DNA of 32,000 bases from Vibrio vulnificus CMCP6 (GTDB lineage: Bacteria; Pseudomonadota; Gammaproteobacteria; Enterobacterales; Vibrionaceae), in assembly GCF_000039765.1 (NCBI RefSeq), contig NC_004459.3, forward strand, positions 2,331,127 to 2,363,126, in the 5' to 3' direction. Shown piece by piece: positions 9,896 through 17,218 of the stretch (within the stretch, counting starts at the first letter, position 1; every line of letters begins with the position of its first letter). A program made the translations under genes and the position numbers. Below the pieces are notes generated by a model, which was not told the origin of the DNA, made no database searches, and worked only from the letters and a program-made list of their open reading frames with translations.

Positions 9896-10435
9896 GTGGA
9901 AGTTGAAAGTGAGCGCCTCAGTATCCGTTGGCCTGAGATAAGTGATGCCTGGCCTTTGTACCAAGGTTATTTTTCCGATGTTGCGGCGTCTAAGTTCTTG
10001 GGCAGAGCCGCGCACCCGAATCCCGAAGTCACCTTAAGAAGCATCGAACTTTGGCGATCATTTAGGTATGACGCTCAGGCCGATACACGAGTGTTGAGCG
10101 TGGTGTTGAAAGCCAGCCTGCAACCCATTGGTATCATGGTGCTTAAGCGGGAAGGAACGGCAATAGAGATCCACTTTGGCCTCAACCGTACATACAGCGG
10201 TCAGGGGTACGCGACAGAAATGTGTCGAGCCATGGCGAAGGCATTACAAGCAAGCGGATACCACAAGGTTTGGAGCTATGCTCATATTGAGCACACGGCG
10301 AGTCTGCGTGTGTTAGAAAAGGCCGGCTTTCAACCCGCGAGGAGACTAAGGTCGTGGATGGTGTTCCCCAACCTTAGTAACGACAAGCAAGATTGCCTTG
10401 AAATGATTTATCAGGCTGACGCGCCCGCCCAATAA
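9896..10435 (+). CDS. GNAT family N-acetyltransferase (RimJ/RimL-like)
   Basis: LSIRWPEISDAWPLYQGYFSD..., YSGQGYATEMCRAMAKALQASGYHKVWSYAHIEHTASLRVLEKAGFQ is the typical acetyl-CoA-binding region. Confidence 0.82.
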   Translation: MEVESERLSIRWPEISDAWPLYQGYFSDVAASKFLGRAAHPNPEVTLRSIELWRSFRYDAQADTRVLSVVLKASLQPIGIMVLKREGTAIEIHFGLNRTYSGQGYATEMCRAMAKALQASGYHKVWSYAHIEHTASLRVLEKAGFQPARRLRSWMVFPNLSNDKQDCLEMIYQADAPAQ

Positions 10436-10436
10436 T

Positions 10437-11141
10437 TTATTCTTCAATCTCACTTTGTACGCGGTTATCTCCCGTGCTAAAAGCGATAACCTGGCTAATT
10501 TCCGTGAGGCTGCGACCACTTTGCTGTTGCCAATGAGTAAAGGCCAGTGTTGCGGCTTCTAACGAACGCTTGGTTTCTTTTCCGCCTTCAATGATTTTAT
10601 AGCTGCGCAAGTACGCCTCTACATCCCCAGACAAAATAAAGGTATCGACGCCAAGCTGACGCAGGCTGTAAGGGCCGGTGTTACCACCGAGTCGACTGCC
10701 GTGCTTTTTCAAAAACGCCCAGAGTCCGGTGATCTCTTCTTTCGGCCAGTTCGCCACCATTTGGCCAAATGAGCCGTATTGCAACCCCACTTCGTGCATC
10801 ATTTGCGCATTCGCTTGAATGGATTTGACCTTGGCATGATGGCGAATAATGCGCGTATCCGCCGCTTTCAGATCCCACTGTTCATCAGAAAGCATCAACA
10901 AAGGCGCTACTTTAAAACCAAAGAAGACTTCTTCGAAATTTGGCCACTTGTTCCGCACGACTTTCCAAGATATGCCACTTTGGAAAATCTTCATACTGAA
11001 GGCAGATAACCAACGATCATCCGGAATAGCGGCAATTTGCGCTTGGGTGAGCGGTTTGGACAAAAGGGCTTCAAGCTTTGCTTCGCCCCCTTTGCGCTCG
11101 GCGGCTCGTTGATAGATGTCGTCAAATTTTTCTAGATTCAC
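10437..11141 (-). CDS. DNA-3-methyladenine glycosylase I (Tag) family, divergent variant
   Basis: LSAFSMKIFQSGISWKVVRNKWPNFEEVFFGF and HHAKVKSIQANA, GPYSLRQLGVDTFILSGDVEAYL resemble Tag-family HhH glycosylases; no cysteine in 234 aa. Confidence 0.7.
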   Translation of the reverse strand: MNLEKFDDIYQRAAERKGGEAKLEALLSKPLTQAQIAAIPDDRWLSAFSMKIFQSGISWKVVRNKWPNFEEVFFGFKVAPLLMLSDEQWDLKAADTRIIRHHAKVKSIQANAQMMHEVGLQYGSFGQMVANWPKEEITGLWAFLKKHGSRLGGNTGPYSLRQLGVDTFILSGDVEAYLRSYKIIEGGKETKRSLEAATLAFTHWQQQSGRSLTEISQVIAFSTGDNRVQSEIEE

Positions 11142-11269
11142 AATCTCAATCTCCCTTTCTATGCGCTTTTACCGAGGACTAACAAAGCCAAACGATATGT
11201 TGACTAACGAATGACATTTTAAAAGCAAGAGTCAGTAAAGTCTGCGACAAAACATGAGGTTATAAAACT

Positions 11270-11443
11270 ATGAAAAAAACATGGATTGCGCTAGGTCTAT
11301 GCGCATTTTTATCTGGCTGCCAATTAACCAGCGTCGAAGGGGAGTACAAAGACGTGGAAGTGAAACTGAAGAACAAGAGTTCCAGCCACGAGGAAAGCCA
11401 ATCATTTTGTCCTCCGGGACAGGCAAAGAAAGGGCGATGCTAA
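11270..11443 (+). CDS. Small lipoprotein, 57 aa (MKKTWIALGLCAFLSGCQLTSVEGEYKDVEVKLKNKSSSHEESQSFCPPGQAKKGRC)
   Basis: Translated manually; LSGC lipobox after a hydrophobic signal, GAGGT Shine-Dalgarno-like element upstream, TAA at 11441; not in the ORF track because of length. Confidence 0.75.
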   Translation: MKKTWIALGLCAFLSGCQLTSVEGEYKDVEVKLKNKSSSHEESQSFCPPGQAKKGRC

Positions 11444-11460
11444 TTGGTTGGTGCACGATG

Positions 11461-11493
11461 AAAAACAATCAGCCAGCATGAGGCTGGCTGATT
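11461..11493 (-). terminator. Rho-independent terminator of the minus-strand Hsp70 operon
   Basis: Perfect 11-bp inverted repeat AATCAGCCAGC-atgag-GCTGGCTGATT (11467-11493), followed on the minus strand by GTTTTT. Confidence 0.85.
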
Positions 11494-11514
11494 AGGAGGT
11501 TCGCTAATGACGGT

Positions 11515-14322
11515 TTACTGAGTCACCAGACGCAACCCGCTCGGGAGAGCATCACCAAACACGCGTTTAGACTCGCTTTCAGAAAGCTCTTTGATCTCTT
11601 CGACCAAGCTTACCCACGCTTCCGGTACTCGGCTTTGCTTCAGTTTGGTGAGCACTTGTTGGCGGAAATCTTCAGAGATATCAAAGAGACGATCACCCGT
11701 TTTACGACAAATCATCACCGCAGCAAAGGCGATCATCGGTTCTTTCTGCCAGTTCTGATCCAATAGTTTCGGTAACCATTGTTCCGCTTGCTCGCGTGGA
11801 ATGACACGATGTTGGCTTGCGTAGAGCGGTGTACGAGAGGCCAATCGCCCAATCGCCCACCAGTGCGCTTGCTCAAATTGGTTTTGATTCAGAGCTTTGC
11901 TCAAAAACCAACTGGTTAGCAAAACTTTGTCTTCCACTTCCAGATGCTCTAGAGACGCGGCCAGTCGAACCATGGCTTCGTAGCCCATATCTTGCGCGGC
12001 TTTTGCCGTTTGTGGATTTTTCATCGCGCCTGGGTGTAAATACTTGGCAATGTCGGCAAGTAGCGTTTCTTGTTGCTCTTGGTTTAAGCCTCCAGCTATA
12101 CGACGCCAGAATACCCACCAATCGGTCCAACCTTGATGATTTTGGAACTGGATACCTTGTTGGTAGAGCCCCCAAACTTGCTCAATACGCCAAGAATCGG
12201 TTGCATCGCCAAAGCCCGGGCGAAGAGAAAAACCTGCTAAACGTAGCCAGTTTTTTTCGTGTTGTTCAGAACGGCGGCGACGTTTTCGTCCTTGTGCAAA
12301 GGCATCAAACAAGTGGCGTAGGGTTGTGAAGTCCCATTCATCGCGCTTGCCAAGTTTGCGTTCAAGTTCTTTGGCTAACAGTTTGATCTCATTGCCATCG
12401 CCACTTTTTTTGTTGCCACTATAGAGGCGGGTAATCAGTTCTTTACACTCATTCAATCGTGGGTGAAGTGTGGCATTTTCTTGTTCTTCCGCTTTTTTGT
12501 TGCGAACTTCAAACTCCAGAGCCCAACGTTTATCTTCTTCTTCGACACTGACGCACTCCATTTTCAGGGTGCCGACTTCGGTCAATTGGCATGCAAGTTG
12601 AACTTCCACACGCTCTTTTTGATTGGCTTCTAATTCTGCGCCTTCCCCTTGCAATGTAACGATATACGGGGGAAGTGGGGTGAAGATATCAGGGTCGATA
12701 TCCGCCATGACGCCGTTTTGAATCGCTACGTGGTGGGACAAAGCATCGTGCGTTGACGTGAGTAGGTTAAAGCGTACGGGTTCGCCAAGGGTGAGCGAGA
12801 AACGTCGTCCAGTGAGACGAATTTCTTGTCCTTCTTCGGTGCCTTTTGCAAGCAAACAGAGCGCTTTACCCATTTTGTTTTTTTCTTGCAGATGCAAAAA
12901 GTAAGACCGAGCAGAACCGCCACCGATTTTGAGTTGTGCCCCTCGACGGGCTTTGGCAAACGCGACAGCGCCTAATGCCACAGACCAATCTGGATGCGGG
13001 TTATCAAGGACGGTGACCGGTGCGCCGCGCCAGCGACCGAGCAACTCGGTCATCCGCGCAGTGACGAGGTCACTGTTAAACACGCCGCCGTTCAACAACA
13101 GACCTACCGGAATGGCGGGTTGATCACTTTCTGATTGTCCTAACGCAGCGTGAGAGACTTGTTGGTGCTGAGATAAAAACTCGGCCACGTGTTTGCTCAC
13201 CGCGGGATCGGCGACATAAGGCAAACCAAATTCGACCACGGCGCTGCGGCGTTTACCCGGCGTTTGAGTAAAATCCGAAAGTGGGAAGAAGCCGTCGAGG
13301 GCGATTTGATGAACTTCTTGTTTATTCAACGAGATGCTTTTGGTGCCACCAAGCAGTTTGGAACCACTGCCCAACATGGTGATCTTCACTTCTTCCGGCG
13401 CTGTACTTGAGAGGAGTTGCTCTTTGGCTTTGCGTGTTTGCTGAATCAGTTTGGTGAGGCTGGCCGCATTGAGTTTTTTGCTTTGATTAAAGCGCTGCTC
13501 CGCTAAATGCGCGAGGGCCAAATCTAGGTTATCACCACCGAGCATGAGGTGTTCACCAACCCCGATGCGATCCAAGGCGAGGGCGTCTTGGTTAAATTTT
13601 GCTTCAATCAAGCTTAAGTCAGTGGTACCGCCGCCGACATCACACACCAAAATCAGCGGGATTTCTTTTAATAACTCTGCGGCACTGTGCTGGTGGCGAG
13701 CATACCAGTCGTAACAAACCGCTTGAGGCTCTTCGAGCAGAAGCACTTGGCTTAAGCCTGCCAGTTGAGCGGCTTCGAGGGTCAGCTTACGTGCAGTTTC
13801 ATCAAACGAAGCCGGTACGGTGACCACCACCTCTTGATCTTCGAGCAGATTGCCCGGGTGGCGATGATTCCATGCTTGGCGAATGTGATTAAGGTAACTG
13901 GCACTGGCAATAACAGGGGAAACCTTCTCAACATCGCCAACCCCAGCCCACGGCAGTATGTCTGAATGGCGATCAACCGCTTGGTGAGACAGCCAGCTCT
14001 TAGCGCTTGAAACCTGACGCCCTTCTACCTTTGCGCCCAGTTCACGCGCCCATTCACCAATGATCACATTAGCAATGTCGCCAGCCACAGTTTGGTTTTC
14101 CCACGGTAAGGTGAGATCCGCCGGGGCGATTTGCCCGTTGGCAGGGTGGTAGCGGAAAGAGGGCAGTAGTGGCTTACGAACCACTTCACCGGGGCCAATA
14201 AGCTGGTCAATATCGAAAAGGGAGACGTTGGATTGTTGTAAGTTCTCGGTCAGTTCACAAAACGCAACCACCGTGTTGGTGGTGCCTAAGTCAATGCCGA
14301 CAAGATAGCGAGGAGATGCCAT
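11515..14322 (-). CDS. Hsp70-family protein with long C-terminal extension (DUF3731-like), 935 aa
   Basis: GIDLGTTNTVVAF, VCDVGGGTTDLSLIE, LLNGGVF ATPase motifs; unusual C-terminal region beyond the usual Hsp70 length. Confidence 0.88.
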   Translation of the reverse strand: MASPRYLVGIDLGTTNTVVAFCELTENLQQSNVSLFDIDQLIGPGEVVRKPLLPSFRYHPANGQIAPADLTLPWENQTVAGDIANVIIGEWARELGAKVEGRQVSSAKSWLSHQAVDRHSDILPWAGVGDVEKVSPVIASASYLNHIRQAWNHRHPGNLLEDQEVVVTVPASFDETARKLTLEAAQLAGLSQVLLLEEPQAVCYDWYARHQHSAAELLKEIPLILVCDVGGGTTDLSLIEAKFNQDALALDRIGVGEHLMLGGDNLDLALAHLAEQRFNQSKKLNAASLTKLIQQTRKAKEQLLSSTAPEEVKITMLGSGSKLLGGTKSISLNKQEVHQIALDGFFPLSDFTQTPGKRRSAVVEFGLPYVADPAVSKHVAEFLSQHQQVSHAALGQSESDQPAIPVGLLLNGGVFNSDLVTARMTELLGRWRGAPVTVLDNPHPDWSVALGAVAFAKARRGAQLKIGGGSARSYFLHLQEKNKMGKALCLLAKGTEEGQEIRLTGRRFSLTLGEPVRFNLLTSTHDALSHHVAIQNGVMADIDPDIFTPLPPYIVTLQGEGAELEANQKERVEVQLACQLTEVGTLKMECVSVEEEDKRWALEFEVRNKKAEEQENATLHPRLNECKELITRLYSGNKKSGDGNEIKLLAKELERKLGKRDEWDFTTLRHLFDAFAQGRKRRRRSEQHEKNWLRLAGFSLRPGFGDATDSWRIEQVWGLYQQGIQFQNHQGWTDWWVFWRRIAGGLNQEQQETLLADIAKYLHPGAMKNPQTAKAAQDMGYEAMVRLAASLEHLEVEDKVLLTSWFLSKALNQNQFEQAHWWAIGRLASRTPLYASQHRVIPREQAEQWLPKLLDQNWQKEPMIAFAAVMICRKTGDRLFDISEDFRQQVLTKLKQSRVPEAWVSLVEEIKELSESESKRVFGDALPSGLRLVTQ

Positions 14323-14380
14323 GACAAACCCTTGATTGATTTAAAAACGGCACCCTTCGGATGCCGTTTGCTTTGTTCGA

Positions 14381-16294
14381 TTATTCTGCCAGAGAGGCAT
14401 CGTCACGCACGTCGAATTCCACGTGCCATTTTTGACCGTTATCCGCCGCAATCGCTTCTAAATACAGCGTGCCAAGTTCAGTCACGCGTGAGGCCAATGT
14501 CACCGGCACCACTTCGCCTTCACGGCGACCCTCTGAAACCGGTAACGTCACTTGAATCTCTGGTAATTCTTCAAGTTCATCTGGGCCCCAATGGTCCAAA
14601 TGTGTTCCTGTAAGATCGTCACGACGAACCGTTGAGCCAAAGAATTGGAAATTCACTGGCTGGCCGATGATCAAACCAAACTGCTGACTTGGTACATCGA
14701 CGCTGGTGCCTTCTTCCATGCCAAACGGCGCCACACACAGTGCTTCCATTGGCGGTGCCATACCTGGAATGGCAGGCATTGCGCTCTCGATACCGACGTA
14801 ATAGCTTGAAGCAATACCACCGCGAATACGCACACCTTGGCCACGACGCACTGCGCCATAGTAAGCCGCGCCGCTCGCCACCGCGAGATCCAAATCGACG
14901 CCGGTGAGTCGTTTTGCCATCTCTGCATCAGCGTCAAGCAACCATTCGTTGATGGTTTCTTCTAAGCGTTCTGCTAAGAGAGCTGACTTCAGCACACCAC
15001 CATTGAACAAAATCGCGGTAGGTTTGATGAAATCGACAGAAGCTTGTTGAGCGCCAGGCATACCCGGCATTCCGCCAACAAACGGGTTGTAATCTTGTGC
15101 AGGTACCGCTTCACCGTTGGCATTGGCTTGCTTCGACAAGAAAGCCGCAATGTGGCGAGTGATGCCTGCGTCTTGTGCATAAGGCAAGCCCATCTGGGTC
15201 AGTGCACCGCGGTTACGTTGTACTGGGTGTTCGGTGATAGCGACTTTAGGGAAAAAGCCATCGACGAGCATTTGCTGCACTTCTTGCTGCGTGAGTTCGG
15301 TTTTCAGCGTAGCGCCGAGCAATTTAGAACCGCGGCTTGGCACGACAATCGGTACCGATTGCAGTTCTGCATCATTGAGCAGCGCTTCTTTCGCGTCGCG
15401 GCAAGCGTGCGTCATGGCTTGTACTTGCCAAGGTTGCAGCTCTTTGCCTTCCTGAGCCAGCTTCATCTTCAAACTGTAGGCGAGGGCAAGATCCATGTTG
15501 TCACCGCCCAGCAGAATGTGTTCACCGACAGCGATGCGTTTGAGGGTCAGATTACCTTCTTCTTCGGTCACTTCCACCAAAGAAAGGTCAGTAGTACCAC
15601 CGCCGATGTCCACCACCAGCACGATATCACCCACAGTGACTTCATCGCGCCATTTGTCATTGCTGTTGTCGATCCAGTTGTAAAGCGCGGCTTGAGGCTC
15701 TTCCAACAAGGTAAGATGGACAAAACCGACATTGCGCGCCGCTTCTGCCGTCAGATCGCGCGCCGCAGGATCAAACGATGCCGGCACTGTGATGGTCACG
15801 TCTTGCTCTGATAGCGGATGGTTTGGCTGTGCGTGATCCCACGCCTGCTTAAGATGCTCTAAATAAAGCTCGGTTGCGCGCAGTGGTGAGACTTTTTCAA
15901 TCTCTTCTGGGCTGCCAGCTGGTAGAAACGCATCGCGGCGATTCACGCCACCATGGCAAAGCCAAGATTTCGCACTGGCTACCAAACGCAAAGGCGTTTT
16001 ACCACCCAAATTACGTGCGATTGCGCCGACAAGGGCAGTTGGCTCAGTCGTCCATGGCAACACGCGTGACGCAGGGTTCATTTCATGCTCATGCGGCTGG
16101 TAAAGAAACGAACCAAGTTGGTTACGAGACTCAACGGTGCCAGGCGCCGTCAATTGTGGAATGGCCATCACTTGTACGCGAGCTTGCTCATCCTGGGTAT
16201 CCATGAATGACATAACACAGTGCGTGGTACCTAAGTCGATACCAACGCTGAATTTTGCCACTTGCTCGGTTGCGGGTGTCATCATCGTTTCCAT
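14381..16294 (-). CDS. Hsp70-family protein, 637 aa, divergent paralogue of the neighbouring gene
   Basis: GIDLGTTHCVMSF, VVDIGGGTTDLSLVEV, AILFNGGVLKSALL; start codon overlaps the upstream stop by 1 nt (TAATG). Confidence 0.9.
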   Translation of the reverse strand: METMMTPATEQVAKFSVGIDLGTTHCVMSFMDTQDEQARVQVMAIPQLTAPGTVESRNQLGSFLYQPHEHEMNPASRVLPWTTEPTALVGAIARNLGGKTPLRLVASAKSWLCHGGVNRRDAFLPAGSPEEIEKVSPLRATELYLEHLKQAWDHAQPNHPLSEQDVTITVPASFDPAARDLTAEAARNVGFVHLTLLEEPQAALYNWIDNSNDKWRDEVTVGDIVLVVDIGGGTTDLSLVEVTEEEGNLTLKRIAVGEHILLGGDNMDLALAYSLKMKLAQEGKELQPWQVQAMTHACRDAKEALLNDAELQSVPIVVPSRGSKLLGATLKTELTQQEVQQMLVDGFFPKVAITEHPVQRNRGALTQMGLPYAQDAGITRHIAAFLSKQANANGEAVPAQDYNPFVGGMPGMPGAQQASVDFIKPTAILFNGGVLKSALLAERLEETINEWLLDADAEMAKRLTGVDLDLAVASGAAYYGAVRRGQGVRIRGGIASSYYVGIESAMPAIPGMAPPMEALCVAPFGMEEGTSVDVPSQQFGLIIGQPVNFQFFGSTVRRDDLTGTHLDHWGPDELEELPEIQVTLPVSEGRREGEVVPVTLASRVTELGTLYLEAIAADNGQKWHVEFDVRDDASLAE

Positions 16295-16926
16295 TACAGC
16301 TCAACCTCAGCGGGTGCGATGATCGAAGCGTCGTAGTTTTCCGCTAGTTTCGGTAGCGTCATTGCAGAAGCTTTCCAACCTTTGTGGATTAAGGTGCCGT
16401 TAAATGGCGCATTACCAGTTACGTTTCCGACTAAACGAATCGCTTGAGGGTTAAAGCCTTCTTCGACCACAATGCGGCTCTCTTCGTCTTCGTTACGGAT
16501 CGCTTCAAGCGTTACGTACTCTTTTAGGACTTTTTGGCCACCGCTATGAATAACACGCGCTGCTGCGCCCACTTCTTCATCAGAGAATGAGGTGAGATCT
16601 TCTTGTAGGAAGTCAATCAAGCGAGCTTCTTGTTGCATGATAGAAAGCAGTTGCATCGCAGAATCGGTGGATGCGGTGGCAAGCTTAGATTCCACTTCAA
16701 CCACTTTTTCAATCACTTTCTCAACTTCAACAACTTTCTCTACTTCGACGATTTTTTCGACCGGTTTTTCGACTTCAACGATTTTTTCTACAGGCTTCTC
16801 AACCACTTTCTCGATCACTTTGGATTTACGAGAAACCGCCACGAGTAGTAATAAAACGCTCGATGCCGCTAGACCTGCGTGAAGCATATCGAACGTTTGA
16901 GGAATAAGGTTTAAATCAATGTTCAT
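16294..16926 (-). CDS. DUF2760-like membrane-anchored protein with low-complexity Val/Glu/Lys stalk
   Basis: 210 aa; TM at N-terminus (MLHAGLAASSVLLLLVAV), VEK repeat, C-terminal domain (ARLIDFLQEDLTSFSDEEVGAAARVIH...FNGTLIHKGWKA). Confidence 0.8.
   Translation of the reverse strand: MNIDLNLIPQTFDMLHAGLAASSVLLLLVAVSRKSKVIEKVVEKPVEKIVEVEKPVEKIVEVEKVVEVEKVIEKVVEVESKLATASTDSAMQLLSIMQQEARLIDFLQEDLTSFSDEEVGAAARVIHSGGQKVLKEYVTLEAIRNEDEESRIVVEEGFNPQAIRLVGNVTGNAPFNGTLIHKGWKASAMTLPKLAENYDASIIAPAEVEL
16690..16818 (-). repeat. Degenerate coding repeat encoding EKxVEKxVEVEK units
   Basis: 43-aa run VIEKVVEKPVEKIVEVEKPVEKIVEVEKVVEVEKVIEKVVEVE. Confidence 0.85.
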
Positions 16927-17027
16927 GCTAATTTTTCTCTATTCGATTGATTTAAAGGTGCATAGATTGGCTCGCGATAGACGACATAGACGGGCGAATT
17001 TGCGATTTGCACCTAGTTTAGACGTAA

Positions 17028-17056
17028 AAATGGTGACGAATATTAGCATATTCAAG
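17028..17056 (-). promoter_or_regulatory. Possible sigma32-like (heat-shock) promoter upstream of the DUF2760/Hsp70 operon
   Basis: Minus strand reads CTTGAA-(15 nt)-CACCATTT, versus CTTGAA...CCCCATnT; about 100 nt upstream of the first start codon. One mismatch in -10 and slightly long spacer. Confidence 0.35.
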
Positions 17057-17218
17057 TTGGTAGGCTGTAATAAAAGCGCTTTTAGGGCAGAATTCTGAGT
17101 TTGTTTGCTGAAAAAAACGACATAACAGTTTGTCATTCTGTTAAATGGCTTGATGTTTGTGTGGTTATCGTGTTTATTGGCATTGGATTCGGTTTGTTGG
17201 ATTTAAATGGATTTGTAA

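Noticed and set aside
11817-12329. 170-aa plus-strand ORF (and the 100-aa minus ORF at 11873)
   Set aside because: Both overlap the 935-aa Hsp70 frame and show no recognisable domain; treated as spurious.
15044-15811. 255-aa plus-strand ORF
   Set aside because: Fully antisense to the well-supported 637-aa Hsp70 gene; composition and lack of domain motifs fit a shadow ORF.
16690-16818. Repeat block considered as CRISPR or mobile-element-related
   Set aside because: Units are short, degenerate, in-frame and lack spacers; explained by coding of VEK units.
16592-16882. Plus-strand ORF with STTFST repeats
   Set aside because: The apparent repeat protein is the antisense reading of the VEK repeat in the DUF2760-like gene.
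11515-16926. Hsp70 operon considered as an anti-phage defence island
   Set aside because: No nuclease, toxin, reverse transcriptase, NTPase effector or mobile element nearby; surrounding genes look like core or regional chromosome functions.
17123-17143. TAACAG-N9-CTGTTA inverted repeat
   Set aside because: Short arms in an AT-rich region with no match to an operator I can name with confidence.
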